This document shows positions 19,401 to 28,718 of a DNA stretch of 64,000 nt, piece after piece. The notes under the pieces were generated by a model. The model did no database searches and was not told the DNA's origin. It was given only the letters and a program-made list of their open reading frames with translations. The position numbers and the translations under genes were made by a program. The stretch is from a virus: IMG/VR virus record IMGVR_UViG_3300036834_000189, positions 52,207 through 116,206 of that record. One strand, written 5' to 3'. The stretch's first letter is position 1. Each line of letters starts with the position of its first letter.

Positions 19401-21318
19401 TGTCGCCAAGGGTTCTGGTCAGGACGAGCTGAACGCCGCGTTCGAGGAGTTGCACCCGCGCGGGCCGGGCGGCAAGTTCGCCAAGAAGTCCAGCGAGGTC
19501 GAGCACTGGACCGCCAGCAGCCCGATGCCGGACGAGCTGAACGGTGTCGCGTTCAAGCCGTTCAACGCGCCCACCACTACCGCGGGCTGGAACAAGGTCG
19601 CCGGGCAGAAGCCCGATCTCGTCGAGCCGGATATAGAGGTTCCTCCCGGCAAGCATGTGAGCGCCGGGCTATTGATCCAGGAACCGGATGGTCGCGTGTG
19701 GCTGGTCAAGCCGAAGGGTGGTTATGGCGATTACAACTACACATACCCGAAGGGGACGCAGGACCCGGGACTGTCGTTGCAGGCGACCGCGATCAAGGAA
19801 GCGTTCGAGGAGTCGGGTCTGCACGGCGAGATCACCGGGCTGGCGGGTGACTACCTCGGCGAGACCAGCATCACGCGGTATTATCTCGCCAAGCGGATCG
19901 GCGGCTCGCCGACCCAGTTCGAAAAGGAGAGCGAAGGCGTCAGTCTGGTCCCGCCCGAGAAGCTGCACGACTTCCTGAACAAGGAGCGCGACCGGAATAT
20001 TGCGACCAACCACTTCATCGCGCCGCCCAAGCCGGTCATCGGCAAGACGGTCGATACCGGCGCGATGAAAAAGGTCGGCGGGAAACTCGGCAGCAACCCC
20101 GGAGCGCAGTACGAGGACGACGAGGGCAACAAGTATTACGCCAAGTTCCTCAAGTCGCCCGATCACGCCAAGAACGAGTTGCTGGCTGCCGCGCTCTACA
20201 ATGCGGTGGGCTCGCCGACCCTCAACTATCACCCCGACAAAGACCCCAAGAATGTCGTCACCGACTGGCAGGAGCCCGACAAGAAAGGCGGCGTGAAGAA
20301 TTTCACCCCGGACGAGAAGCGCGAGGCGCAGAAGCATTTCGCAACGCATGCGTGGCTGGCGAACTGGGATGCCGCTGGTTTGGGCGGCGACAATCAGCAG
20401 ATCATCGGCGGCAAGCCGATGACCGTCGATGTCGGCGGTGCATTACTCTACCGCGCGCAGGGCGATTCCAAAGGGTCGGCGTTCAACACCGCGGCGAGCG
20501 AGTGGGAGACGATGCGCGACGCCAAGACCAACAAGGATTCGGCGGATCTGTTTGGCGGCATGACGCCCGCGATGCTGAAAAACTCGGCCGACCGGCTGGG
20601 ACAGATCACCGATTCGCAGATCCGCAACCTGGTCGACGTGCACGGGCCGGGCTCGACAGTCGAGAAATCGGCGCTCGCCGCGATGCTGATCAAGCGCAAG
20701 GAGAACATCCTGGCCAAGGCGGTCCCGCCCGCGCCGCCAAAGCCCGCCGAGCCGCAGCATCATCCCACCGGTTATGCGCTGCCGACCACGAATTCTCCCG
20801 GCGCCGCGATGCCGGCGCTGAACGACGCGGCGCCGCCGACGGCATCGGGGGTGCAGCGCACCGCGATCAAGAATTACACCGATCACCATTACCGTGAGAT
20901 CAACCAGCAGCTGCGCTATGGACTGGTCAGCGAGCACGGCCAATACGGCAAGACCATCTCTCAGCTGACCGACTGGCTCGACAAGGCGGACTTCCCCGAG
21001 GACCGCGTCTTGACCCGCGGCGTCGATGGTTCATACGCCGAATTTCTCAAGGGGCTGCACATCGGCTCCGAGTTTCGCGATGTCGGGTTTGTATCGATGA
21101 GCGTCAAGAAAGACCCGCCGATGGGGTCTCATACGATCATGGAAGTGCGGGTGCCCAAGGGTTCGAAAGCCGCCTCGGCGCATCATATCAGCGATCACCA
21201 TACCGAGTACGAAGTCATCGGCCAGCGCGGCAGCTACCTGCGTCTGGTTGGCAAGATGCCGAATGGCCGATTGATTGTTGACTTGTTGCCGCCAACATAT
21301 GAACCGAAGAAGAAGTGA
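16447..21318 (+). CDS. Portal protein (DUF1073-type) fused to HiPIP-like, Nudix, kinase-like and ADP-ribosyltransferase domains
   Basis: N-terminal FLGYSYLATLAQRAEYR...IPLVKLLGIQPAGLNAS; CAQCGHY..C..WC; YPKG..KEAFEESGL; GSNPG..YYAK..NE..LANWD..VDVGG; YREIN..RGV..FVSMS..EYEV. Confidence 0.85.
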   Translation: MSDTKITNLQEVARTEKPISRILDSVVEHSARKPQPFSAYDFDRLNRLFPPVVEKAVRDAGIPTLAQDQTVMGTYGWAAQDVIYSAFAEGVVFLGYSYLATLAQRAEYRVVTETIAGEMTREWIELKAASGDDSKHDRIKAIEDRLDALDARNCFRKCAESDGFFGRGHLYLDTGMTDDSEELLSDLGSGRSVMSQTKIGPDKNQKLIGLQPVEATWAYPTHYESVDPLKRDWYSPTTWYIMSREIHKSRLLTFVSREVPDILKPAYAFGGLSMSQMLKPYVDNWLRTRQSVSDLIQNFSHNVLHTNMDATTAVGGDNMFARVALFNNIKNNQGTILVDKDAEDWSNVSVPLGGLDHLQAQAQEHMAAIARIPLVKLLGIQPAGLNASSEGELISFEDWIAALQELLFRKPLTSVIDFVQLSMWGFIDHDITFDFVPLRQLKPQEQAELSSTVAQTRELYMNMGAVDGQEVREALAQDDDAPFAGLDLSQPLPQPPMPPGGMGGPGGPGGPPGGAKPNGAGGPPMQPPMGDTRSPALPFPTGARDVGIARGFAHDAALLSHASVAFEHPAQGVDHCAQCGHYLGVDDCELVRPPVKPADWCDRFTDAEVEDDVEDDDFAEDADWDPQEHPQSAKTGQFIAKGTSEGGGAIPEPPQIQSQHAANIGKQKHLDALHAHAKAGDWSKVAAYPTPGTNTYAKKVQKYKADLLKLAPKGEGAPKSEEEAEAYKPEVPDFYKKDLGKQGFGFMGEGSGGSQLFQEPATQISVKVEPPAAESGNATWSIFDKAGKVIQEGEAAGHLEFAVKKHLAAAKSAGPSPEPAAAPEAAKVTSMEVTKTAQGMGFEVAGYGEMVNPATGHVLKVDPGGKWTIKEKNGDLEAKGDSFAELKSALEFGAVNGPVTWGSPKLEAETEAATKEAASVVKPKGASKIYSHETATKWAADPKAVSEPALRYSNGDATNETETLVIGTGAKNQGKWQIWKKGEGVVAKGSGQDELNAAFEELHPRGPGGKFAKKSSEVEHWTASSPMPDELNGVAFKPFNAPTTTAGWNKVAGQKPDLVEPDIEVPPGKHVSAGLLIQEPDGRVWLVKPKGGYGDYNYTYPKGTQDPGLSLQATAIKEAFEESGLHGEITGLAGDYLGETSITRYYLAKRIGGSPTQFEKESEGVSLVPPEKLHDFLNKERDRNIATNHFIAPPKPVIGKTVDTGAMKKVGGKLGSNPGAQYEDDEGNKYYAKFLKSPDHAKNELLAAALYNAVGSPTLNYHPDKDPKNVVTDWQEPDKKGGVKNFTPDEKREAQKHFATHAWLANWDAAGLGGDNQQIIGGKPMTVDVGGALLYRAQGDSKGSAFNTAASEWETMRDAKTNKDSADLFGGMTPAMLKNSADRLGQITDSQIRNLVDVHGPGSTVEKSALAAMLIKRKENILAKAVPPAPPKPAEPQHHPTGYALPTTNSPGAAMPALNDAAPPTASGVQRTAIKNYTDHHYREINQQLRYGLVSEHGQYGKTISQLTDWLDKADFPEDRVLTRGVDGSYAEFLKGLHIGSEFRDVGFVSMSVKKDPPMGSHTIMEVRVPKGSKAASAHHISDHHTEYEVIGQRGSYLRLVGKMPNGRLIVDLLPPTYEPKKK

Positions 21319-21329
21319 GGAGAACCGCG

Positions 21330-21512
21330 ATGAGCGACGACAAGCAAAGCGATCGTGACGACAAATTTACCTACAAGCAAGGCGACCTCGAATTGGTGTA
21401 CGAGCCGACAACCGGTCCAAAGGTCGGTGACACGATCGTCGACCTGTCGCAGCCGGGCGAAGGCGCAGGCGAGGAATCCGAGGAAGCCGAGGAATCCGAA
21501 GAGTCGGAGTAA
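21330..21512 (+). CDS. Small acidic protein, candidate cognate inhibitor of the ART domain
   Basis: GAGGAG RBS immediately after the ART-coding end; KFTYKQGDLELV. Confidence 0.55.
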   Translation: MSDDKQSDRDDKFTYKQGDLELVYEPTTGPKVGDTIVDLSQPGEGAGEESEEAEESEESE

Positions 21513-21529
21513 GCAGGAGGATCACGAAA

Positions 21530-21769
21530 ATGTCGGATCTCGACAAATTGTGGGTGATGTTTCATCGCTACGAACCGATGCTTGCCGAGCAGTACGCCGC
21601 GTGGCTGGCGCAGCAAACGCCGCCCGCCGAGCCGGCGTCCGAGGAAGCCGAGCCGGCGCCCGATGAAGAGCCGGGCGGCGAAGAGCCGGGAACCGGGCAT
21701 CTCACCCGGCCTACCGGCGACCCGCGGACCACGACTCGACACACCACGACGACCACGACTCGCACGTGA
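21530..21769 (+). CDS. Hypothetical low-complexity protein
   Basis: GGAGG RBS. Confidence 0.55.
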   Translation: MSDLDKLWVMFHRYEPMLAEQYAAWLAQQTPPAEPASEEAEPAPDEEPGGEEPGTGHLTRPTGDPRTTTRHTTTTTTRT

Positions 21770-21779
21770 TGGCGAAACG

Positions 21780-23042
21780 ATGCCCGCCGATCAGAACGGT
21801 GCGCAGTTCCTCGGGCAGTTGAAGACCGCCGTCCGCGGACTTCTGGCGTGGCTGAGCGAGGAAGCGGACGAGCCCGAGCACCCGTCAGCACAAGCCGGGA
21901 TGATGCCCAGGGGGCGTCTGCCTAGCCCTGGGGGCGGTGCCGGGGGCGATGCCGGGGGCGATGCCGGCAGCCCGACTACGGCGAGCCCAGCCGGCCCGCA
22001 GGGCACCACGGGGGGTGGTGTAAAGGGCGGCGGCACCAAGGACACCTCGCTCAACGCACCAGCCTCGCTCGAAGCGGGATCGTTCCGCGAGCCGCACCTG
22101 ACCGAAGCCGGCAACCCGCGTGTGCCGCTGCAGGACTGCGGCGACGCGACAAACAATGGCGGTTGGGGCTCGCCGCCGATCAAGCCGCGTCCCTCGGTCG
22201 ACGCGCGCAGCGGCGGGCGTACCGGCTGGCGTTCACCGTCGTTTGATCTGGCGCCGTCTCAGTCTCGGTTTACGGCTCCAGGACGGCGGAACAATGTCGC
22301 GACCGATCCGCCGGTCTCGGAGGCGCAGCGCCGCGCGATGGGTGCGGCGAAGAGCGGGCGGTCCAATCTCGGGATCCCGCAATCGGTTGGCAAGGAGTTC
22401 ATCGAGGCCGACCCCGGCGGCAAATTGCCGGCGACCACTGACCAGCGCGGCGCGATCTCGACCGATCCGATCCACGCGCAAGCATTGCGCAGCGCCCCGG
22501 TGAGCAGCCAGGTGCTCAACCCGCCGGTGGCGACACCGCGCGCCGCTGATCAGCCCGAGCTGCGCGAGGCGCACCAGGGGTCGACGGTCGACCCGGCCAA
22601 AGCCTACCATCTGAACCAGTTCAAGCAGAAAGAGCACCTATACAATTCGATGAAGGGTCAGCAGGTGCCGACGGTGTTTGCCGACAAGCATTTGAAGGAT
22701 CTCGACAACCTGCAAAAACAAATGCTGGAGCATGCGCAGCACGGCGGGTTCGCGCACGGCCAGCAGTCGCCGGGGGCCGAGGGCGACCATGGGATGACCG
22801 GCACGGCGGGAACCGCCAACTGGCAGTCGCCGATGTTCCCGTCGACTGACGCCGGCACTCCCGAGGGTGCGCGCAAAGCGGCGCAGACCCGCGCCGGTGG
22901 TGCCGGTGGTGCAGCTCTGCGCTCGCAGATGGGGAAGGGGCCATCTCCCCTAAAGCCGTATAAGCCTAGCGGTGCCGAGTCGCGAGCCAAAAGGCGCGAA
23001 GCCGGATCGCCGTACCGCCCGCCGACTGGTGGTTGGTCGTAA
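21780..23042 (+). CDS. Putative internal head (poly)protein
   Basis: Gly/Pro-rich modules bounded by xxD sites; VSEAQRRAM..LGIPQSVGKEF module; WQSPMFPSTDAGTPEGARKAA. Confidence 0.6.
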   Translation: MPADQNGAQFLGQLKTAVRGLLAWLSEEADEPEHPSAQAGMMPRGRLPSPGGGAGGDAGGDAGSPTTASPAGPQGTTGGGVKGGGTKDTSLNAPASLEAGSFREPHLTEAGNPRVPLQDCGDATNNGGWGSPPIKPRPSVDARSGGRTGWRSPSFDLAPSQSRFTAPGRRNNVATDPPVSEAQRRAMGAAKSGRSNLGIPQSVGKEFIEADPGGKLPATTDQRGAISTDPIHAQALRSAPVSSQVLNPPVATPRAADQPELREAHQGSTVDPAKAYHLNQFKQKEHLYNSMKGQQVPTVFADKHLKDLDNLQKQMLEHAQHGGFAHGQQSPGAEGDHGMTGTAGTANWQSPMFPSTDAGTPEGARKAAQTRAGGAGGAALRSQMGKGPSPLKPYKPSGAESRAKRREAGSPYRPPTGGWS

Positions 23043-23055
23043 GAGGGTACTGAAC

Positions 23056-23946
23056 ATGTGGTCTTCACCGCGGTTCCCGGTCATGGCATTGGACGCCGTG
23101 AAACACGATCCGCATACCGGCCAATTCACCAGCGGTGGCGGTGGTGGTGCGCCCACTGGCAAGTTTACCGCATCCCATCTCGATCAGCTGCGCAGTCAGA
23201 TGAGCGGGATCAAGCGCATCGATCCGTCATCGCCGTCTTACAAAAAGATGACCGCGCATCTCGACTCATTGAACCCGGCGCAGTTGAAACAGATACACGA
23301 AGCCAAGATCCCGTTCTTGAGCAATCTGGCTCATAACCGAATCATCCGCGCCGCCAATAAGCCCCCAGCGACCGACGCCGGCACCAGCGAGGGCGCGCGC
23401 AAAGCCGCCGCGACTCGTGCGTCTGGGGGAGGCGGTGGTGATCCCAAAGCCGAGCACCGAACCGCTCACGCCTATCACAAGGCCCAGGGCATCGCCGGGA
23501 AAGAAGGTCATGGAGCCGCGGCGGCGCTGCATCAGCACGCGTTTCATATGCATACGAACATAAACCCGATGGTGCGCAGCAAGGCTGGAGAGGCGTCGCA
23601 AAAGGCTTGGGCAGCTTCTGAGAAGCTCGGTTACAAGCCCCCAGCGACCGACGCCGGCACTAGCGAAGGGGCGCGCAAAGCGGCTGCGACGCGCGCAGCA
23701 GGAGGCGCCGCTCCCGCCAAAAAAATAGCTGAATCTGGAGGCCAGAAGTGGATTTCCTCTGGTGGTGGGGCATATAAACCAATCGGTAAGTTTTCTGTTC
23801 ACAAATACGAAGAAAATAGTGAACCAAGTTTACATAATATGGTTCACCATACTAATAGTGAGCAGGAGGCTAATAAGAAAGCTAGTAATCTTTGGCAGAA
23901 GACTGGTATTCCACATATTACTAGACATACTCAATATTTACGATGA
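23056..23946 (+). CDS. Putative internal head protein with repeated TDAGTSEGARKAAATR modules
   Basis: MWSSPRFPVMALDAVKHDPHTGQFTS leader; DNA repeat near 23360 and 23635; AT-rich last module. Confidence 0.65.
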   Translation: MWSSPRFPVMALDAVKHDPHTGQFTSGGGGGAPTGKFTASHLDQLRSQMSGIKRIDPSSPSYKKMTAHLDSLNPAQLKQIHEAKIPFLSNLAHNRIIRAANKPPATDAGTSEGARKAAATRASGGGGGDPKAEHRTAHAYHKAQGIAGKEGHGAAAALHQHAFHMHTNINPMVRSKAGEASQKAWAASEKLGYKPPATDAGTSEGARKAAATRAAGGAAPAKKIAESGGQKWISSGGGAYKPIGKFSVHKYEENSEPSLHNMVHHTNSEQEANKKASNLWQKTGIPHITRHTQYLR

Positions 23947-24150
23947 ATCCGGGGTAAGAAGCCCGACGACGCCGCGGTGAAGGCGCGTGTATGAAGACGG
24001 TGTACCGGTGGGTCCGGATGCTCCTGGTCGACGCCGGTATGTGGTATTTGAGGTGGGTGGTGCCGCGCGATCAGCGGCTGGTGATCACAATCGATCCGGT
24101 TGAAGAGCCGGACTTCACCTGGCTGATCGACAAGCCAAAAACCAAGATCG

Positions 24151-25839
24151 ATGAGGACGCTTAGATCCGGCATGTTCGAGCATCTGGCGCTTGATCAAGC
24201 GACTGTGCGCAGCCGCAGTGAAGACGGGCATCTGCACGTCGGCCAGTCGAACATCTCGAAAGCCACGGTCAACCCCTATTGGGGCCGCGAGATACCAGGC
24301 TACGACGAACTCGGTCTGGACCCCGACAAGAAGTACCTGCTGTGGCGGCACCCCGGCGAGCTGGCGAAGGGGGCCAAGACCTTCAACAACCTGCCGATCA
24401 TGGCGGACCACGTCCCGATCAGCGCCGACAAGCACCGCCCCGATCTGGTGATCGGCTCGACCGGGACCGACGCGCAGTTCGCCGATCCCTACCTCAGAAA
24501 CTCGCTGGTGTTCTGGACCAAGCCGGCGATCGACGCGATCGAGAGCAACGAGCAAAAAGAGCTTAGCGCCGCTTATCACTATGTCCCGGTGATGACCCCG
24601 GGTGTCACGCCCGACGGTCAGCGCTACGACGGCATCATGACCCAGCTACGCGGCAATCACGTTGCTTTGGTGGAAGACGGACGCGCTGGGAAGGATGTCG
24701 TCGTTGGCGATTCTGCTTTTGACCCGACCGCTGCAAGCGGCATTGCAAGGAGTACCCAAATGGCAAAACTAGCGCCTGCTGGCTTGGTAGCGCGCAGTGC
24801 TCTGTTCACCTACCTGTCGCCGCGGCTGGCGGCCGACCAGTCGATCGATCTCAACAGTCTGGTCGCCGGGATCACCTCGAAGAACTATGCGGCGCGGCGC
24901 GGTGCATTGAAAGACAAGGTAACCGCCGCGGCGCGTGGCAAGCTCGCGATGGACGCCGATCTGCGGGATCTGGCGAACCTGCTCGACGCGTTGTCGCCCG
25001 ACGCCGAAAGCGCCGACCAGCTGACGACCGCGCCGTCAGCCGGTCCGCCGATGGGCGCCGTGGGGGGCGGCGCTGCCCCACCGATGGACGCCGAGCCACA
25101 CGACACTCTGGCGAAGATCAAGGCGTTTCTCGAAGAGCAGGGGGTCAGCCCCGAGATCATCAACAATCTCGACGCCTTCGCCGCCAGCGCCGGGCAGCCG
25201 CCAAATGGCGCTGGCGGCAACGGACCAGCGCCCCCGCCGCCGCCTCCGGGACCCGGCGACCGGCGCACCGCGGGCGATCAGGGTCCGGCGAATGCCGGCA
25301 TGTTCGCCAAGGAGAAGACCGGTGCGGACGAGGGCATGGAGACGCGCGGCGAGGAGGGCGAGGGGGAGCCGAGCGAGCTGTCCATCGACCAGGAGGAAGC
25401 CTGTGACGAGGACGAGACCGAGGAAGAGCGGAAAAAGCGAGAGGCGGAGGACGAAGTGATACCCAACAAGCAGGACGACGTGGATGGCGTGGTCACCAAG
25501 AGCGCCATGGACCGGGCGATCAAGATCGCCCAGGACCGCGCGATCCGCAATCAGCGGGCGGTGCGCGACGCCGAGCGTTTTGTGCGCCCGTGGGTCGGCG
25601 ATCTCGCGATGGACGCGATGCACCCGGCCGATATTTACCGGACCGCATTGAAGTCGCTCGGGGTGCGCGGTGCCGACACAATGCACAACGACGCGCTGCG
25701 CCCGGTGCTCGAAGCGCAGCCGCGACCGTCGCGGACGACGGGCCGGGTTGGTGTGCCGCGCGATATGGCGGCCGACGCCAAGCCGCAGCAGAGCTTTTTG
25801 GAGCGGTTTCCGGAAGTGAAGGGCGTTCGGCTGCAGTAA
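24151..25839 (+). CDS. DUF2213 prohead protease/scaffold protein (start 24151 or 24172)
   Basis: [35 protein letters not shown], acidic scaffold tail. Confidence 0.88.
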   Translation: MRTLRSGMFEHLALDQATVRSRSEDGHLHVGQSNISKATVNPYWGREIPGYDELGLDPDKKYLLWRHPGELAKGAKTFNNLPIMADHVPISADKHRPDLVIGSTGTDAQFADPYLRNSLVFWTKPAIDAIESNEQKELSAAYHYVPVMTPGVTPDGQRYDGIMTQLRGNHVALVEDGRAGKDVVVGDSAFDPTAASGIARSTQMAKLAPAGLVARSALFTYLSPRLAADQSIDLNSLVAGITSKNYAARRGALKDKVTAAARGKLAMDADLRDLANLLDALSPDAESADQLTTAPSAGPPMGAVGGGAAPPMDAEPHDTLAKIKAFLEEQGVSPEIINNLDAFAASAGQPPNGAGGNGPAPPPPPPGPGDRRTAGDQGPANAGMFAKEKTGADEGMETRGEEGEGEPSELSIDQEEACDEDETEEERKKREAEDEVIPNKQDDVDGVVTKSAMDRAIKIAQDRAIRNQRAVRDAERFVRPWVGDLAMDAMHPADIYRTALKSLGVRGADTMHNDALRPVLEAQPRPSRTTGRVGVPRDMAADAKPQQSFLERFPEVKGVRLQ

Positions 25840-25938
25840 GAGGTGAGTGAGCCCTACAGTAGGCTGTAGGTTGTAAGGCTCATTCAAAAAAGCCCGCGGA
25901 GCCCCGCTAGAGCCCCTTAGAGCCGGGGAGCTGTCGCA

Positions 25939-26130
25939 CTACCGGCCGACCCGCTTCACGCGCTCAGGCGGGCACGGGCGCGGCTCTGTCGGGGGGTTCA
26001 TACCGCTCAACGCGGCCTCTATCTCGCGAATGACGCGGTCGATCTCCGGGAGCCGCATGCCGAGCGTGGGGCGCGCGCGTTCCTGCTGCCAGGCGCGGAG
26101 TCGGTCTCTGAGTCGTGGCTCGCTCACCAT
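25939..26130 (-). CDS. Small hypothetical protein starting inside the last unit of array 2
   Basis: GAGGAGGGG and ATG supplied by array spacers. Confidence 0.35.
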   Translation of the reverse strand: MVSEPRLRDRLRAWQQERARPTLGMRLPEIDRVIREIEAALSGMNPPTEPRPCPPERVKRVGR

Positions 26131-26305
26131 CGTTGGTGCTCTCCCCTCCTCTATGGCTCGCTCTCTCGCTTTGGTTCAACTCTCAGTCAGTGGCTCGCTC
26201 CCTTTTCCTGGTGCTCTCTAGCCTCATGGCTCGCGCCCGTTGGTTCAACTCAGCGGATATGGCTCGCTCGTCGCCCTTGGTTCGACTCAAGTCCCTTGGC
26301 TCGCG
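26116..26305 (-). ncRNA. TIGR-like dual-repeat guide array 2 (5 units)
   Basis: Minus strand: AGCCA-spacer-(AGTYGAACCA/AGAGCACCA)-spacer-(A/C)GCG x5; same repeats as array 1, different spacers. Confidence 0.85.
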
Positions 26306-26447
26306 CTGACCATCTGAGTTTATCTCTCAGCAAACAAGTAAAAAGTCTCCCGAGACTCGCACTAAGATGGTCGCGGCTTGGGAAGCTCGTAGAGCAAAGT
26401 TCGGACCATCTGGTCGTAAACCCAAGTCATCAAAGGAGGATTAGGAA

Positions 26448-27419
26448 ATGGCCCTCGGGTTTCAAGCGCAAGTATTCCCCCAGCCAGCACCGGGAGTCGA
26501 AGGCGATTTTTGTGACCACAACCCGCGCGCCACGGTGGATGCCGGTCCCGGCGGATTAGTGGCCGGGGTCAACGGCGTGACCGTCGGTCATTTCGCGTGG
26601 CTCGACGCATCGCTGATCGACCCCAACAATGCGCCGACCGTCGTGCAGTCCTTTGCCACACCGGGCGCCCTCAACGTGGCGGGGTTTGTCCACCGCGAGC
26701 AGCAGGGCCTGATCACCAACTGGCTGGGTGGCGCGTCGATGCAGGTGATGGGCGGGTTCCCGGTCACGCTGATGAACGAAGGCGGGTTCTTTGTCCGCAA
26801 CAACGGCGTGACCTATTGCCAGCTCGGGCAGAAGGCGTTTGCCCGCACGAGCGACGGCGCGGTGCTGTTTGGCGCCGCCGGGTCGAGTCAGGGCGCGGTG
26901 ACCGGCGCCACCGGCGCGATCGCCGCTGGTCCCGCCGTAGCGCTGACTGGCGGGATTCAAGGCAATGTACTCACTGCTACTGCGGTCGCCACGGGTCCGG
27001 TCGTCCCCGGCACCACGATCGCCGGCACCGGCATCCCGGCCGGCACTCAGATCATCTCGCAGCTCAGCGGGACGCCGGGCGGGGTCGGCACCTACGCTGT
27101 CACACCTGTCGCCGAACTCAATGTCGCCCCCGGCACGGCTATTACCGGCACCTACGGCATCCTCACGGTCACCGTTGCGCCAACCACCGGGGCTTTTGGT
27201 GTCGGCACTGTGCTCACCGGCACCGGGGTGGCGGCGGGCACGGTCATTACAGCGCTCGGCACCGGCACTGGCGGGCTCGGCACGTACTACGTCAACAACA
27301 ACACGGTCGTCGCCTCGACCGCCCTCACCGGCGGCGGTGCGGTCGAGACCAAATGGTACGCGACCAGCGCCGGGGCACCCGGCGAGATCGTCAAAATGTC
27401 GTCATGGCCGCTGGGCTGA
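26448..27419 (+). CDS. Head decoration/cement protein with Gly/Thr-rich insertion
   Basis: PAPGVEGDF..NPR, GFVHREQQGLI, ETKWY; directly upstream of MCP. Confidence 0.8.
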   Translation: MALGFQAQVFPQPAPGVEGDFCDHNPRATVDAGPGGLVAGVNGVTVGHFAWLDASLIDPNNAPTVVQSFATPGALNVAGFVHREQQGLITNWLGGASMQVMGGFPVTLMNEGGFFVRNNGVTYCQLGQKAFARTSDGAVLFGAAGSSQGAVTGATGAIAAGPAVALTGGIQGNVLTATAVATGPVVPGTTIAGTGIPAGTQIISQLSGTPGGVGTYAVTPVAELNVAPGTAITGTYGILTVTVAPTTGAFGVGTVLTGTGVAAGTVITALGTGTGGLGTYYVNNNTVVASTALTGGGAVETKWYATSAGAPGEIVKMSSWPLG

Positions 27420-27443
27420 TCGGTTAACGGAAAGGAGACTAGC

Positions 27444-28604
27444 ATGGAAAATTTCAGCAGTGCACGGGCCGCCTGGCAGTCCGACCGCGCCGAGTGGGAA
27501 GCAAAGGGTGTCGTTCTCCCTGGGGTGACCAGCTATCTGCCCACCGAGTGGAAGAACAACAGCAAGCTCGCGATGGACGAGATGGACCGGATGGCGCAGG
27601 ACATGATGCCGTACGGCTACGGTCACAACTCGATGGCGATGGATGCGCCGCCGCTGCTCTACACTCAGCCGAACTCGGCGGTGCCGGCGCTCCTCACCAC
27701 GACAATCGACCCCGATGTCTTCCGCATCCTGTTCAGCCCGAACAAGGCGGCGGAAGCGCTCGACGGCGAGGTCAAGCGCGGCACCTGGCTCGACGATGTG
27801 ATCTTCTTCCCGGTGGTCGAGGCGACCGGCGAAGTATCGTCATACGGCGATTACAGTGAACAAGGCAATGCCGGGGTCAATGTCAACTGGCCCTCCAGAC
27901 AAAACTACCTCTTTCAAGTCATCAAGGAATATGGTGAAAGAGAAGTCGAGCGCGGTGGCCTTGCGAGAATTAACTGGGTCAGCGAGATCGACCGCGCCGC
28001 GGCATTGACGATTGCCAAGTTTCTCAACATGGCGTATCTCTTTGGAGTCGCCGGCCTGCAGAATTTCGGGCTCGCCAATGATCCGAACCTGTCGGCGGCG
28101 CTGACCCCGGGACCCAAGATCGCGGGCGGCACGCGGTGGGTCATCAACGGTGTGGTCAACGGCAGCGCCAACGAGATCTATCTCGACATCGAATCGCTGT
28201 ACTACCAGCTGGTGGTCCAGACCGGTGGTCTGGTCGAGCTGGACTCGGATTTGAAGCTCCTGATGTCGCCCGGCTCCTCGGTGGCGATGACCGCGACCAA
28301 CTCGTACGGCGTCAATGTCGGCGACCTGATCACCAAGAACTTCCCCAATCTGGAGGTCATCACGATCCCGCAATACGCGGCGCGGTCCAGTGTCATGCCG
28401 CAGGGGGTCGCGGCCGGCGAGTTTGTCCAGATGATCACGATGGCGGTCGAAGGGCAGAAGACGGCGTTTCCGGCCTACTCAGAAAAAATGCGAGCGCATC
28501 CAGTAATTCGGGCACGCTCTTCTTTCAGCCAAAAAGTTTCCGCCGGGACCTGGGGTACCGTCATGCGCATGCCAGCTGCGGTCTCCAGCATGGTTGGCGT
28601 TTGA
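27444..28604 (+). CDS. Major capsid protein (DUF2184-type)
   Basis: MAMDA, EVKRGTW, VEATGEVSSYGDYS, NWPSRQNY, GLANDPNL, GTWGTV. Confidence 0.9.
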   Translation: MENFSSARAAWQSDRAEWEAKGVVLPGVTSYLPTEWKNNSKLAMDEMDRMAQDMMPYGYGHNSMAMDAPPLLYTQPNSAVPALLTTTIDPDVFRILFSPNKAAEALDGEVKRGTWLDDVIFFPVVEATGEVSSYGDYSEQGNAGVNVNWPSRQNYLFQVIKEYGEREVERGGLARINWVSEIDRAAALTIAKFLNMAYLFGVAGLQNFGLANDPNLSAALTPGPKIAGGTRWVINGVVNGSANEIYLDIESLYYQLVVQTGGLVELDSDLKLLMSPGSSVAMTATNSYGVNVGDLITKNFPNLEVITIPQYAARSSVMPQGVAAGEFVQMITMAVEGQKTAFPAYSEKMRAHPVIRARSSFSQKVSAGTWGTVMRMPAAVSSMVGV

Positions 28605-28718
28605 TTTCAATCACTTAGCCGGATAGGCAGCATCCGCAACTAAGATACCTGCTACTATTGCCATAGCGGCGCGGTCTGGCATGTGCGGGACATCCAGAAG
28701 CGCCGCACCTGGGCATGG

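Noticed and set aside
25844-25891. Intrinsic terminator after the scaffold gene
   Set aside because: The hairpin (TGAGTGAGCC/GGCTCATTCA) is real but followed by an A-run, with no U-tract downstream on either strand
26030-26559. Plus-strand ORFs over array 2
   Set aside because: Translations merely echo the repeats (MARS, WFNS); no RBS or family motif
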